A DNA stretch of 63,767 nt, filler included, from an uncultured Synergistales bacterium (GCA_937897575.1; 5 parts of 5 records of this genome joined end to end with filler, not necessarily neighbours in it), one strand, 5' to 3'; positions 19,309 to 30,299 are shown, counted from the first letter of the whole stretch. Made by a program: numbers and translations. Notes: generated by a model from the letters alone, not told the origin.

Positions 19309-20190
19309 TCAGGAGCGCCGCCAGAGGAGGACACCCTCTTCCACCGCGGGAGTCAACGCACCGTTTCGGGCCAGCCGCGTCAGGTGGGCGGAGATGGCAG
19401 CGCTGTTCAGGACGTACTCCGACGGCGTCATGGAGAGGCCGAGCCTCTCCGCGACGGCCGCGACGATGAACTCTCTGCTCGACGGATCGGTGCAGCAGTC
19501 GAGGATCATCTCGCCTATGCGCAGCATGCCGCGCCTGTTCGTCTCGACCAGAGGACCGATGTCCTCCGTCGCCGGGGCGTGACTCGGAACGAACCAGCGG
19601 GCCTCGGTGGCCTCGAGGCGGTCGAAGGTGTCGAGGGCACCCTGCACGTCGAGGACGAACATGATGCCGTATTTTTCGATGACCTCCCCTGAGAACAGGG
19701 CATCGGCCGTGAAGAGCACGTCGTCGGGCGTCCGGACGCCGATCATGTCCAAAAAGTGCCCGGGGAGCGGGACGGCCTCCAACCCCGACTCGTCGAAGGC
19801 TCCGCTGTTCGCGATGATCAGGTCCACCTTCGACGCCTTCGCCTGAAGAAACTTGTTCCGGATCGCCTCGAAGGGGAAGGCGCTCCACAGCAACATCGGC
19901 TCGAGCGTCGGGTTCTCCATGACCGTCGCCTCCATGGCGGTGGCGGCCACGGAGCAGCCCGTCCTGCGGTGCAGGAAGGCGTTCGCCCCGCAGTGGTCGG
20001 CATTGGAGTGGGTGGTCACGATGCGCCGCAGGGTCGTCCCCTCCTCTTCGAGGTGCCGCGCGATCTTCCGCCCCGCGTCGTCGTCCAGCCCGCTGTCCAC
20101 GAGCCACGCCCCGCCACCGTGGCGAAAAAGACCAACGTTCACCCGTCCGGGAAAGTACCACGTGTCACCGCCAAGATGCCGGATCTCCAC
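19309..20190 (-). CDS. MBL-fold metallo-hydrolase
   Basis: LVDSG, THSNADHCG, LPGH, ADAL, VPSH; GTG start inferred from RBS. Confidence 0.85.
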   Translation of the reverse strand: MEIRHLGGDTWYFPGRVNVGLFRHGGGAWLVDSGLDDDAGRKIARHLEEEGTTLRRIVTTHSNADHCGANAFLHRRTGCSVAATAMEATVMENPTLEPMLLWSAFPFEAIRNKFLQAKASKVDLIIANSGAFDESGLEAVPLPGHFLDMIGVRTPDDVLFTADALFSGEVIEKYGIMFVLDVQGALDTFDRLEATEARWFVPSHAPATEDIGPLVETNRRGMLRIGEMILDCCTDPSSREFIVAAVAERLGLSMTPSEYVLNSAAISAHLTRLARNGALTPAVEEGVLLWRRS

Positions 20191-20281
20191 AGGGGGCCCC
20201 CCTTTCCCGCCTCCATCCGCCTGCGCACACCGTTTCATCCGGGGGAGCAGGCACGGGGCAGCTTCTTTCACACAGTCCCCT

Positions 20282-20299
20282 CATGCGTTATAATACATG
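20282..20299 (+). promoter_or_regulatory. Imperfect palindrome over a TATAAT -10 box; candidate ARG-box operator
   Basis: CATGCGTTATAATACATG, upstream of the amino-acid ABC genes. Confidence 0.5.
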
Positions 20300-20321
20300 A
20301 GTTTGACAGGAGGTGACAAGA

Positions 20322-21155
20322 TTGCCCGAGACACAGCCCCGCGCCGGCGAGCCGGCGGAACGGGACATCCCGGCCATTGAGGTTCGCAACCTCTCCAAGT
20401 CCTTCGGCCAATTGTCCGTGCTCAATGGAATCTCTCTCTCCGTCCGGGAGGGAGAGGTCGTCTCCGTCATAGGCCCCAGCGGCTCGGGAAAGAGCACCCT
20501 CGCCCGGTGCATCTGCCGCCTCGAGAAGATCGATGGCGGCGATGTCTTTCTCTACGGCCAGAAGGTCAACGACGGCGACCACTCCAACAAAGACCTCTCA
20601 CGCCTCGTGGGAATGATCTTCCAGCAGTTCAACCTCTTTCCCCACCTCTCCGTCCTGGGCAACCTGACCCTCAGCCCCGTGAAGATCCTCGGCGTCCCCC
20701 GATCCCAGGCCGAAGAACAGGCCGTCGCCCTGCTTCGGAGGGTCGGCCTGGAGGAGAAACGAAACGCCTGGCCGAACGAACTGTCCGGCGGCCAGCGTCA
20801 GAGGGTCGCCATCGCCCGTGCCCTAGCCATGAACCCGCGGATCATGCTCTTCGACGAACCCACGAGCGCCCTGGATCCCGAGCTCGTCGGCGAGGTGCTC
20901 TCCGTCATCGCGGGACTCGCCGAGTCGGGCATGACCATGATGATCATCACCCACGAGATGCTCTTCGCCCGGGACGTGTCCGACAGAGTGCTCTTCATGG
21001 CCGATGGAACGATCGTGGAGCAGGGCACGCCCGACCAGATATTCTCCCACCCCGAGGTCCCGCGCACCCGTCAGTTTCTTCAGAGGACCCTCCCCCACTA
21101 CGGCGGGGACGTTCCGACGGACGAACGAAAGGAGAACGAACGCCATGGGCCTTGA
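20322..21155 (+). CDS. Polar amino-acid ABC transporter ATP-binding protein (GlnQ-like)
   Basis: [40 protein letters not shown] start after AGGAGG. Confidence 0.93.
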   Translation: MPETQPRAGEPAERDIPAIEVRNLSKSFGQLSVLNGISLSVREGEVVSVIGPSGSGKSTLARCICRLEKIDGGDVFLYGQKVNDGDHSNKDLSRLVGMIFQQFNLFPHLSVLGNLTLSPVKILGVPRSQAEEQAVALLRRVGLEEKRNAWPNELSGGQRQRVAIARALAMNPRIMLFDEPTSALDPELVGEVLSVIAGLAESGMTMMIITHEMLFARDVSDRVLFMADGTIVEQGTPDQIFSHPEVPRTRQFLQRTLPHYGGDVPTDERKENERHGP

Positions 21156-21798
21156 CTTCACGGCAATCACCCCCTATGTCCACATGCTCCTCGCCGGGGC
21201 CGTCACCACCATCCAGGCCTCGCTGCTTGCCGTCACATTCGGCAGCCTCTTCGGCGTGGTCGTGGGGGCGCTCAGGGTCATGCCCGTCCGCTGGGTGCGA
21301 TCTCTGGCGGCGACCTACATCTACGTCATCCGGGGGACGCCTCTCCTCATCCAGCTCTTCCTCATCTACTTCGGACTGCCCTCCCTGGGGCTGAACCTCC
21401 CCGCCTTCACCGCCGGGATCATCGGTCTGTCGATCAACTCCTCGGGGTATGTGGGCGAGATCGTGCGGGGAGGGATCGAGGCGGTGCCCAAAGGGCAGTG
21501 GGAGGCCTCCCAGGTCCTGGGGCTCTCCTACATGAGAACCCTGCGGTTCATCATCCTGCCCCAGGCCATCCGCAACATGCTTCCGGCCATCGGCAACGAG
21601 TTCGTCACCCTCATCAAGGAGTCCTCTCTGCTCTCCACCCTCGCCATAACGGAGCTCACCATGGTGGGGCAACAGGTCCGCAGCGTCACCTACGCCTCCT
21701 TCGAGACCTTCATCGTGGTGGGCGTCATCTACCTCGTCATGACGAGCGCCACAAGCGCCGCCCTTCAATACGTGGAGAAACGGTGGAAGGTGGCCTAA
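21145..21798 (+). CDS. Polar amino-acid ABC transporter permease
   Basis: [37 protein letters not shown]. Confidence 0.93.
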   Translation: MGLDFTAITPYVHMLLAGAVTTIQASLLAVTFGSLFGVVVGALRVMPVRWVRSLAATYIYVIRGTPLLIQLFLIYFGLPSLGLNLPAFTAGIIGLSINSSGYVGEIVRGGIEAVPKGQWEASQVLGLSYMRTLRFIILPQAIRNMLPAIGNEFVTLIKESSLLSTLAITELTMVGQQVRSVTYASFETFIVVGVIYLVMTSATSAALQYVEKRWKVA

Positions 21799-21806
21799 AA
21801 AGTTCA

Positions 21807-21840
21807 GGGGGGAGCCTTCAACGGCTCCCCCCAAAATTTT
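21807..21840. terminator. Terminator hairpin between convergent genes
   Basis: GGGGGGAGCC-TTCAAC-GGCTCCCCCC flanked by A/T tracts. Confidence 0.75.
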
Positions 21841-21858
21841 GCCGGCCGATCGGGCGGC

Positions 21859-22785
21859 TCACCGGTCGCTCCGCGGAAGCGAGACGACAGGGCTGTACCC
21901 GTCGCGCTCCCTCTCAGCCTCGAGCCCATCGAGATAGCCCCAGGAGGCCATGACGATCTCCCGTATGGACAGTTTGCGTCGCTCGCGCATCTCGTTCCAG
22001 AGCGGCGCCGGAAGGAACATCCATACCCGGAACGACGGCTCTTTCTCCGTGCCGCCGAACTCCGAGAGCATGAGATACCCCGTCTTGCTGTAGAGCACCA
22101 CGGGACGGGAGGACTGGGCGTTCATCCTCTGGAGGTCGTCCAACGAGAAGGCGAGGGCCTCTATCTCCTCCATCGCCCGCCGCCCGGGCATGTCGGCGAG
22201 GGAGAACCACACCCTCGGCAGGGCCCCTCCCCGCTCGAAGACGTCCCCTGCGCTCTTGAGCCAGGTCTTGACCCGCGATACGGACTCGTAGTCGTTCCTG
22301 AACAGGGCGAAGCGGATCGCCCAGTAGGCCATTCGCTCCGTCAGGTGTCGCTCGAGTTCCAGGGCCATGACCTCTTCATCGTTCAGGAAGCAGTCGTCGG
22401 CGAAGAGCGATTCGTCCTTGAGAAGACCGCGAAGGATGAGGGCCGAGGCAAGGTGCTCGCCGGGAGGTGGCATCTGACTGCGAAGGGCCGCCCTGAGCTC
22501 GGTCACCACGTCGGCGCTCAAGGTCACCCTCTGCCCGTCGCCGAAGGAGAGCACCTTCTGTTCCCCGTCATAGAGAAAGATCTCCCGATCCTGCCCATCG
22601 CCGATTCGGCCAACGGTCCACCGTTCGTAGTTCCTCAGCGCGACGCCGCCCTGAAGGTACCGGTTGAACGGAAGCAGAAGGAGCACCTTCCGGGAAGGAC
22701 AGGAGGGCATGCCATGGATTGCCATATCGTCGGGAAGTTTCGCCAGCGTCCCCTTGGACATCAGTTCATAGATCATGCGACCCAC
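21859..22785 (-). CDS. Hypothetical protein
   Basis: 308 aa; RBS AAGGAGAGG; host-like codon usage. Confidence 0.7.
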   Translation of the reverse strand: MGRMIYELMSKGTLAKLPDDMAIHGMPSCPSRKVLLLLPFNRYLQGGVALRNYERWTVGRIGDGQDREIFLYDGEQKVLSFGDGQRVTLSADVVTELRAALRSQMPPPGEHLASALILRGLLKDESLFADDCFLNDEEVMALELERHLTERMAYWAIRFALFRNDYESVSRVKTWLKSAGDVFERGGALPRVWFSLADMPGRRAMEEIEALAFSLDDLQRMNAQSSRPVVLYSKTGYLMLSEFGGTEKEPSFRVWMFLPAPLWNEMRERRKLSIREIVMASWGYLDGLEAERERDGYSPVVSLPRSDR

Positions 22786-22858
22786 CCCTCTCCTTCTATG
22801 GTGCAGGAGAGGGTACCACGTCCCGCCGCACGCCGCAAGAGGGAAACTACGTACCGCC

Positions 22859-23770
22859 TCAGGTCGCCTGGATTCTCCACCGCCTGTGGAGCCAGAGCCA
22901 CTGCTCGGGCGCTGCGCGAACCATCGTCTCGATGGCGCGATTAATCCGGAGGGTATTCTCCCGCAGAGCGTCGTCCTTCGCGCCCTCGGACTCCATGGGG
23001 ATGGGGGGCGCCACGACGATCCTGTGCCGGAAGGGCGCGACGCGACAGGAGAAGACGGGGACGACGGGCGCGCCGGACAGGCGGGCGAAGGCCGCCGGGC
23101 CGGCGGCCGTGGAGCACATGCGCCCCATAAACGGGCCGGAGACGCCCGACGAGTCCCAGGCCTGGTCGGGCATGAGCCCGAGAAAACCGCCGTCCTTGAC
23201 GAACCGGACGACCTGTTTCGCCACGGCGTCCTTCTGGAAGGTCTCCACGCCCGCCCGTCTCCTGTACCCTTCGATCAGGAGGGCGAGATTCCAGTCGTCG
23301 GGCGGGCGGGCGATGGGTCTCATGGGATAGCCGCTCTGGGCGAACCACGCCGCCATCAGCTCCCAGTTGCCCAGATGGCCCGAGATCAGGAGCGCACCGC
23401 CCCCCCGGGCATGAAGGTCGTCAAGGACATCCTTGCCCTCCACCTCGTACACCCAGGAGAGCGCCTGCTTCGGGTCCGAAAGGAGCGCGAGGTACTCCGC
23501 CACCATCCAGGACAGGTGACGGTAGCACCCGCGAAGGACCTCCCTGCGCCACTCCTCCGATGAATCGGGGTAGATGGAGCGGAGATTGTCCAGGGCGACG
23601 GCCCGGCGAGGGCGCACTATCCCGAGCCCCGCTGCAAGGCACGAGGCAACGGCCTTCGCTCGCGACCCTCGGCGGGTGAACCGCCTCAGCCCGTCGAGCA
23701 AGCGGGCGCTCCCTCTCAGCGGCGGGAGTGCGTCCTCCCAGTCGGCCTCCTGCACCCCTATCGCGCTCAT
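22859..23770 (-). CDS. Lipid A lauroyl/myristoyl acyltransferase family (HtrB/LpxL-like)
   Basis: SGHLGNWE, MPDQ, PEQWLWLHRRW. Confidence 0.9.
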   Translation of the reverse strand: MSAIGVQEADWEDALPPLRGSARLLDGLRRFTRRGSRAKAVASCLAAGLGIVRPRRAVALDNLRSIYPDSSEEWRREVLRGCYRHLSWMVAEYLALLSDPKQALSWVYEVEGKDVLDDLHARGGGALLISGHLGNWELMAAWFAQSGYPMRPIARPPDDWNLALLIEGYRRRAGVETFQKDAVAKQVVRFVKDGGFLGLMPDQAWDSSGVSGPFMGRMCSTAAGPAAFARLSGAPVVPVFSCRVAPFRHRIVVAPPIPMESEGAKDDALRENTLRINRAIETMVRAAPEQWLWLHRRWRIQAT

Positions 23771-25053
23771 TCGTCGTCGAAGAGCACCATGTGGAAGCGC
23801 TTCTTCCCCATGCGGACGAAGAGGAATCGCCCGGCGAGGATGTCTTTCTCGCTGACGGTCCGGTCCTCCTCGGCAGCCCGCATGCCGTTGACGTACAAGC
23901 CGCCGCCTTTGATGAGCCGCCTCGCCTCACTCTTCGACGCGCAGGCGCCCGATGCGGTCAGGACGTCCACGAGAGGAGCCGGGAAGGCTCGCTCGGCTGT
24001 CCCCGTCGGGACCTCGCCGGCAAGGGCGACGAGGATATCCTTCGAGAGTTCCGTCGGGTCGAAGGCGTCGCCGAAAAGGATGGCGCTCGACTTCTCAGCC
24101 GTTCTGGCGCTCTCCGCCCCATGCACCATGGCCGTGACCTCCTGCGCAAGACGTCTCTGGGCCAGGCGTCTTCCGGGCTCCTGACTGTGCTCCTCCATGA
24201 GCGCTCCGATCTCCTCCAGGGGCAGGAAGGTGTACAGCTTCAGAAGGCGCTCCACCGCGACATCCTCCGTGTTCACCCAGAACTGGTAGAACTTGTAGGG
24301 TGACGTGCGGGCGGCGTCGAGCCAGACCGCCCCGTCCTCGGTCTTGCCGAACTTCGTGCCGGCGGAGGTCAGAAGCAGAGGCTGCGTCGCGGCGAAGGCC
24401 TCTCCCCCCACATGACGCCGGATCACATCCGTACCGGACAGGAGGTTGCCCTGCTGGTCGTTGCCCCCCATCTGGAGGCGGCAGCCGTAGTTCTGGAACA
24501 GATGGAGGAAGTCGTAGGCCTGGAGCAGCACATAGGAGAACTCCGTGTAGGAGATGCTCTTCTCCGGGTCCTCCAGCCTGTGTTTCACGTACTCCCGGGA
24601 GATCATGGCGTTCACCGAGAAGTACTTTCCGAGTCCCCGGAGGACATCGATGAAGCTCAGATCCTTGAGCCAGTCGTAGTTGTTCAGCATCAGGGCGGAG
24701 TTCGATCCGCAGTCGAAGTCAAGGAAGTGGGCGAGCTGTTTCTTCACGCTCTCGGCATTGTGGAACACCTCCTCCAGCGTGAGGAGATTGCGCTCCTTGC
24801 TTTTCCCCGAGGGGTCGCCGATGAGCCCAGTGCCAACGCCGGCGAGGGCGATGGGCCGATGCCCGCATCGCTGCATCCAGGCGAGGGCCATGATCGGGAT
24901 GAGATGCCCCACGTGGAGGCTGTCCGCCGTCGGGTCGAACCCCACGTACCCCGTGACCATCTCGCTTTGAAACAGGCCGCCGAGCCCCTCTTCATTGTTG
25001 CACCATTCGAGGTGCCCCCGCTCCCTGAGAACTTTCAGTGCATCGACAAACAT
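23767..25053 (-). CDS. tyrS: Tyrosine--tRNA ligase
   Basis: GFDPTADSLHVGH, QMGGNDQ.GN, KFGKT, C-terminal S4 domain. Confidence 0.96.
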   Translation of the reverse strand: MFVDALKVLRERGHLEWCNNEEGLGGLFQSEMVTGYVGFDPTADSLHVGHLIPIMALAWMQRCGHRPIALAGVGTGLIGDPSGKSKERNLLTLEEVFHNAESVKKQLAHFLDFDCGSNSALMLNNYDWLKDLSFIDVLRGLGKYFSVNAMISREYVKHRLEDPEKSISYTEFSYVLLQAYDFLHLFQNYGCRLQMGGNDQQGNLLSGTDVIRRHVGGEAFAATQPLLLTSAGTKFGKTEDGAVWLDAARTSPYKFYQFWVNTEDVAVERLLKLYTFLPLEEIGALMEEHSQEPGRRLAQRRLAQEVTAMVHGAESARTAEKSSAILFGDAFDPTELSKDILVALAGEVPTGTAERAFPAPLVDVLTASGACASKSEARRLIKGGGLYVNGMRAAEEDRTVSEKDILAGRFLFVRMGKKRFHMVLFDDE

Positions 25054-25110
25054 GACCGTCCCTCCGTTTATGAAATAATTCTGCGCCCCCGCTCGGGGCG
25101 GAGTGTCCTG

Positions 25111-26601
25111 CTATTTCGCCGTCTCGGGAAGCGTCCAGCGAAGCTCCCCCGAGCCAATGGTCGGCATGACGAGGGAGAGTGAGCCCATGCGTCGGAGGCG
25201 CGTCCCCGTCTCGGCGAAGCCGTCCACGTTCACCCCGATGGTCTGCCCCATCTTCTCCACCGAACGGCCGGCGTTGGCAAGGCTCTCCATGGCCTGCCCC
25301 AATCGCAGCCCGTCGAGGTAGAACCACAGCAGCGCGCTGTCGTCCGCCTTCAGCGCCGGCAGGTAGGCCGACAGGGTGCCGCGCCGATCCTGCCGGAGGA
25401 CGTCGCGGTCCATGAGCCCCAGAGCGACCATGTCCTCCGACGCCGCGCCCAGGATGGAGAACGGGATGGTGGTCGTGCCGCCCGCCGTGAAGCCGTCCAG
25501 GGGGTCGATCTTCGGGACGAAGGAGCTCCAGTCGTTTTTCCAGAAGGCTTCGACGACCGCCTTGCCGATCGCCCCTCTGTCTGGGAACTGGACGAGCAGC
25601 CCGGGCAGAGAGAAGAGGAGGAACTTGCTCTTCCCTCCGAGGGACGCCATCACCGGGCCTGGAAGAAAGTCCTGCATGGCGGACTGCCCCACTCCGACGA
25701 CGTCCGTCAGGTCCTCCATGTCCGATGGGGTGATCCTGCGGACGGCATAGCCGGGCAGGTTGACGCCGAAGGCCGCTATGAGCGGGTCGGTGACGAAGAA
25801 GCGGTCGTTCCACGAGACGGGTCGCAGTGTGTCCAAAGCGCCGCCGGGCAGCAGTTCGGCGAGCCCTTCCGTCGTCCATTTCAGGTGTCCCGTCCTGCCG
25901 GTCTCCGTCCACGCCACGTCGATCCCGAGATTGCCCATGGTCACGGGAATTTTCTCGATGGCCGCGAGTTGGGCGAACAGCCCTCCGTCGAAGATGCGGA
26001 CGTGGTTGTCCCACCCCTTCTCCAGCGACCACGCCGTGACGATGCGCCCCGGCGCGCTGGCGAGCATCGTCTTCATGGAGGCGAGCTCCTCCTGGGACGA
26101 CGCCATGAGCACCATACCGCCGTCGGCCGTCACGCGGACCGGGAACAGGGGCGCCGGGCCATCCAGCACAAGGCCCTCACCCTCCGACGTTTGGACCGAC
26201 AAGCCCGGGATGGTCGCCCACTCCTCCGGGATCGTCCCCTTGCCGATGGCCCGGAGCATGGTCCTCGGGCACGTGGCCGCAGCGGTCAGAGTGACGCGAT
26301 TGTTCTGCCACGTCACGAGAAGGGCCGTGTCGCCGCACTGCTCGAGCAGACGGAAGAAGGGGACGAGGCGCCCGGTGAAGCGACCGGCTATGCCCCGCTC
26401 ATCCACCACGTTGTTCATGAAGTACGACGAAAAGCCCGCTCCCTCTCCCTCGTAATAGACGTAGGGGGCCGATTCCTCCGGCCTCGGGATCGCCGAACCG
26501 GGCAACCGGGCCTCCGGTTGTCTCCCCGCGAAGAACAGGATCGCCATCAGAAGGGCGCCACCTATCAGAAAGGCGCCCCAAATGGTCAGGCTCTTGCGCA
26601 T
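25111..26601 (-). CDS. Membrane-anchored hypothetical protein
   Basis: 496 aa with N-terminal hydrophobic anchor; host-like codon usage. Confidence 0.75.
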   Translation of the reverse strand: MRKSLTIWGAFLIGGALLMAILFFAGRQPEARLPGSAIPRPEESAPYVYYEGEGAGFSSYFMNNVVDERGIAGRFTGRLVPFFRLLEQCGDTALLVTWQNNRVTLTAAATCPRTMLRAIGKGTIPEEWATIPGLSVQTSEGEGLVLDGPAPLFPVRVTADGGMVLMASSQEELASMKTMLASAPGRIVTAWSLEKGWDNHVRIFDGGLFAQLAAIEKIPVTMGNLGIDVAWTETGRTGHLKWTTEGLAELLPGGALDTLRPVSWNDRFFVTDPLIAAFGVNLPGYAVRRITPSDMEDLTDVVGVGQSAMQDFLPGPVMASLGGKSKFLLFSLPGLLVQFPDRGAIGKAVVEAFWKNDWSSFVPKIDPLDGFTAGGTTTIPFSILGAASEDMVALGLMDRDVLRQDRRGTLSAYLPALKADDSALLWFYLDGLRLGQAMESLANAGRSVEKMGQTIGVNVDGFAETGTRLRRMGSLSLVMPTIGSGELRWTLPETAK

Positions 26602-26655
26602 AGCACCATCCCCTTCAATAGAAGCTCGTCGTCGCGACCTTTTATTATATCCCGG

Positions 26656-28257
26656 TCAGCGCTGTTCCTGCTCGTTGGAGGCTTTCTCCACAGCCGTCTC
26701 GAGGAGCGTCTTGCTCGAGCGGAGCAGGGAGAGCAGGGATTCGTCCGCATCCTTCGGCATCGTCTCCCGGGCGTCCCGGAGCAAGACCTGGATCTCCGAC
26801 AGGAGTCTTCCCGTGTCGCCCTTGCCCGCCGTTCTGCGGCGAACGGAGGACGTGCGAGGAGCCTCCGCCACGAGATCGAAGACCTGTCCGGGCTCGGGGA
26901 CCACGGAGCGCATGCCCTCCACGTCGAGGGCGTCGGCAAAGGCGTCGGCCGACTCGGGCTCCCCGTGGGTGACGAGGAAGAGGGGCGACGTGGTGAAATT
27001 CTTCGCCCAGGTGATCAGGTCGTCCCGATCGCCGTGGGCTGAAAATCCGTTGATCGTATGGATCGCCGCCCTCACGAGGACCTCTTCGCCCGCGATGCGG
27101 AGCTTCTTCTCCCCCTCCACGATTCGTCGGCCCAAGGTCCCGACGGCCTGGTACCCGACGAAGACCACGTCGTTCATCGGGTTCCAGATGCCGTGTTTGA
27201 GGTGGTGAACAATCCGCCCTCCGTTCGCCATGCCGCTTCCGGCGATGACAACGGAATTTTTGACCTCGTTGATCTTCTTCGACTCGTCGGCGCTCTGCAC
27301 GTACCGCAGCCCGTCGGGTGCGAAGGGGTCCTTGCCCTGGTTCAGATACCGCTGAACCTCCGAGGAGAAGAGGGATCCGTGGCGCTTGTAGATCTCCGTC
27401 GCCTTCACGCCCAGAGGCGAGTCGAAGAAGATGGGGATGTCCCCGCCCATGCCTTCCTCATCCTGGAGCAGCGCGAATTCGTAGAGGATCCGTTGGGCAC
27501 GGTCCACGACGAAGCTGGGGATATATATCTTGCCGTGGTCCTCCATGGCCTTCCGGTAGACCGCCCGGAACTCCTGCCGACTCTCCTCGTTTGAGCGGTG
27601 CAGGCGATCGCCGTAGGTCGATTCGATGAGCACGTAGTCCGCCTGTGAGATGATGGCCGGATTACGCTCCATCACCGTTTTCTGAGGTCCGAGATCGCCG
27701 CTGAAGACGACCTTGACCTGTTTGCCCCCCTCGTCGAGCCACATCTCGATGATGGCGCTTCCCAGGATGTGCCCCGCGTCCCGGAACCGGACGGCGACGC
27801 CCTCGGCGACGTCGATCTTCTCGTCGTAGCTCGCCGGGGAGAGGAGTTTGAGTGCCTTGTCCACATCCTCGTCCCGATAGAGCGGGTCCGCTGGGGGCAA
27901 GCTCTTTCTTGCGTTCTTCTTCGTCCGCCACTCGGCCTCCTCCCTCATGAGCTTGGCCGAGTCGCGCCAGAGGATGTCCACAAGCTCCACCGTCGGGAGC
28001 GTCCCCCATATTCTCCCGCTGAAGCCGTTCCGGGCGAGCAGCGGGATGCGCCCCGAGTGGTCCATGTGGGCGTGGGTGAGCAGGACAGCATCGATCTCGC
28101 CGGGGGCAAAAGGGAGCAGAGTACTGTTCTTGCGGTCATCGTCCTGACCCTGGTAGATGCCAAAGTCGACGATCACCCTGCTTGAGCCGCACTCGATCAG
28201 ATAGCAGGAGCCCGTTACCTCCTGGGCCGCGCCGAGCACTGTCAGTTTCATATGCAC
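26656..28257 (-). CDS. MBL-fold beta-CASP ribonuclease
   Basis: LGAAQEVTGS, THAHMDHSG, AGHILGS, ESTYG, SGMANGGR, FSAHGD, VTHGE. Confidence 0.92.
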   Translation of the reverse strand: MHMKLTVLGAAQEVTGSCYLIECGSSRVIVDFGIYQGQDDDRKNSTLLPFAPGEIDAVLLTHAHMDHSGRIPLLARNGFSGRIWGTLPTVELVDILWRDSAKLMREEAEWRTKKNARKSLPPADPLYRDEDVDKALKLLSPASYDEKIDVAEGVAVRFRDAGHILGSAIIEMWLDEGGKQVKVVFSGDLGPQKTVMERNPAIISQADYVLIESTYGDRLHRSNEESRQEFRAVYRKAMEDHGKIYIPSFVVDRAQRILYEFALLQDEEGMGGDIPIFFDSPLGVKATEIYKRHGSLFSSEVQRYLNQGKDPFAPDGLRYVQSADESKKINEVKNSVVIAGSGMANGGRIVHHLKHGIWNPMNDVVFVGYQAVGTLGRRIVEGEKKLRIAGEEVLVRAAIHTINGFSAHGDRDDLITWAKNFTTSPLFLVTHGEPESADAFADALDVEGMRSVVPEPGQVFDLVAEAPRTSSVRRRTAGKGDTGRLLSEIQVLLRDARETMPKDADESLLSLLRSSKTLLETAVEKASNEQEQR

Positions 28258-28299
28258 CCATTCTCCTTTCCTTCAGCAGGGAGCGGAAGCTCCACTATC

Positions 28300-29667
28300 C
28301 TACGCCGACTCCGCATCCTTCGGGGGCAACGTGCACCGCACGGATGTCCCCTCGCCCAGTTTCGAGAAAATTTCCAGACGGCCGCCGGCGAGCATCATCC
28401 GCTCCAGCATGTTGGCGAGGCCCCGGTGGCCGGCCACCCGGAGGCTCTCGTAATCCAGATGGGGGTCGAATCCCGCCCCGTTGTCCCGGAATTCGAAGAC
28501 GACGGAGCGATCCTCTTTCAAAACGATCTCCCCGTGGATGGCGGTCGCCTTTCCATGCCGCACGGCGTTTGAGACGCCCTCCTGGAAGATGCGGAAGAAG
28601 GCGAGGATCTCATCGTTCGTCAGATCCAGGTTGTCGTCCACATCCATGGTGATCGTGATGCTGTAATGGCGCGCAAGCCGATCGGCGAGCTCCGTCATGG
28701 CCTGGCTGAGGCCCAGGTCGATCCATGGGGGCGAGAGGTCGTCACACATCTCGCGCAGGTCGCGGACTACCACGTGCGCCGTCTCCTCGGCAAGAGCCAG
28801 GTGTTTGACCCGGTCCGCCGTATCCATCCGGGAGAGGCGAACCTGCTGGATCATGGCCGTGACGTTCTGGATCGTCCCGTCGTGGAGCTCCCTCGCGATG
28901 CGGGACTTCTCCCCCTCCTGGGCGCGCACGATGTCGCTGACGTACCTGTTCTGGAGCGACGTGCGTTCTACGGCCGTACGAGCCAGCTTGTACAGTACCT
29001 CGCGCAGGCTGCCGATCTCCAGGGCGGCCCGCGGGTCCGAGGGCCTGGGCAGATCCTTGCCCCAGTGGAGCGTATCGATCTCCCCCACGAGGCCTCGGAT
29101 AGGCATCAGAAACCACTTCCAGAGGGCGAGAAGGGCGATCAGGATGCTGATGGCCATGAAGGCCACGAGTATGGCCCACACCCGTCCTATCCTCGCCAGC
29201 GGGCCGAGGAGATTCTCCCAGGCCACGGCGGCGACCACGAGACGCTCTCCTCCGCTCACGGGGTAGACGGCCACGGTGTAGAGGCTGCCCTGCTTATCCT
29301 TGATCTCCACCGCGCGCCCCAGAGGGATGCCCGATTGCCATATCTCCGCCAGCTTGTCCACCCCCGGCGACGAGAAGAGGATGCGCCCCTGGGAGTTGAT
29401 CACCGCCACCCACCCCGGGACCGACGGTCCCCAGGTGAAGATGCGGAAGTTCCGGACCTCGATGGAGGGGTAGTCCCTGCCCCACCGTCTCGACTCCACG
29501 TCCACCAGCCGGGACGCCACGTTGTCCGCCATCTCCTGGACGTAAGAGCGGGCCACGGCCTTCATAGCCCGCTCATGCTGCATGAGCGACACGCCGGAGA
29601 CGAAGAGGACAGCGAAGGCCGGCAGCAGGATGGCGAGGGAGATGATGGTGAGGAGGTGCCGCCTCAT
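28300..29667 (-). CDS. Sensor histidine kinase (HisKA_3 type)
   Basis: Two TM segments, RIARELHD, FQEGVSNAVRH, DNGAGF, GLANM. Confidence 0.92.
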   Translation of the reverse strand: MRRHLLTIISLAILLPAFAVLFVSGVSLMQHERAMKAVARSYVQEMADNVASRLVDVESRRWGRDYPSIEVRNFRIFTWGPSVPGWVAVINSQGRILFSSPGVDKLAEIWQSGIPLGRAVEIKDKQGSLYTVAVYPVSGGERLVVAAVAWENLLGPLARIGRVWAILVAFMAISILIALLALWKWFLMPIRGLVGEIDTLHWGKDLPRPSDPRAALEIGSLREVLYKLARTAVERTSLQNRYVSDIVRAQEGEKSRIARELHDGTIQNVTAMIQQVRLSRMDTADRVKHLALAEETAHVVVRDLREMCDDLSPPWIDLGLSQAMTELADRLARHYSITITMDVDDNLDLTNDEILAFFRIFQEGVSNAVRHGKATAIHGEIVLKEDRSVVFEFRDNGAGFDPHLDYESLRVAGHRGLANMLERMMLAGGRLEIFSKLGEGTSVRCTLPPKDAESA

Positions 29668-30299
29668 TCAATCAGTTCCTCAAGGGTCACCACGCCGTAC
29701 TTCAGGGCGAGAAGAAGCGCTTCGGTCTTATTCTTCGAGCCCAGCTTGTCGTAGATGGAGGCCAGATGGGTCTGGACCGTCCGCTCGCTGATGAAGAGCT
29801 GTTTGGCCACCTCTTTGCTCGAAAACCCCTTCGAGGCGAGGATGAGGACCTCCCGTTCCCGGGCCGAAAGGGCCTCGGGGGCGTACTCCTTGTCCCCCAC
29901 CGAGGAGGCCACCTCGGAATCGAGGTAAAAACCGCCCCGGGCCACTGTGCCGATCGCCCGGCTGATCTCCTCGGGCGTCGCGGTTTTCAGGATGAACCCT
30001 CTGGCCCCCGCCCTGAGGGAGGCGAGCACGTACTGCTGGGCGTCGTAGGAGGTCAGCATGATGACCGCCACGGGCAGAGAGGACTCCTTCACCCGCCGGG
30101 CGACGGACACGCCGTCCTCACCGGGCATCCGGATATCGAGCAGCGCCACGTCGGGCTTCTTCTCCTCGATGAGCTTCCAGGCCGATTCCCCGTCCACCGC
30201 CTCTCCGACCAACTCCACGGAGCTTTCCTGGGCAAGATAGGCCGAGATGCCCGCCCTCGTCAGGGGGTGGTCATCGGCCAGAACGACGCGAATTGGCAT
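29664..30299 (-). CDS. NarL/LuxR-family response regulator
   Basis: LADDH, LLDIRMP, GFILK, LSARERE...ISERTVQTH. Confidence 0.94.
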   Translation of the reverse strand: MPIRVVLADDHPLTRAGISAYLAQESSVELVGEAVDGESAWKLIEEKKPDVALLDIRMPGEDGVSVARRVKESSLPVAVIMLTSYDAQQYVLASLRAGARGFILKTATPEEISRAIGTVARGGFYLDSEVASSVGDKEYAPEALSAREREVLILASKGFSSKEVAKQLFISERTVQTHLASIYDKLGSKNKTEALLLALKYGVVTLEELIE

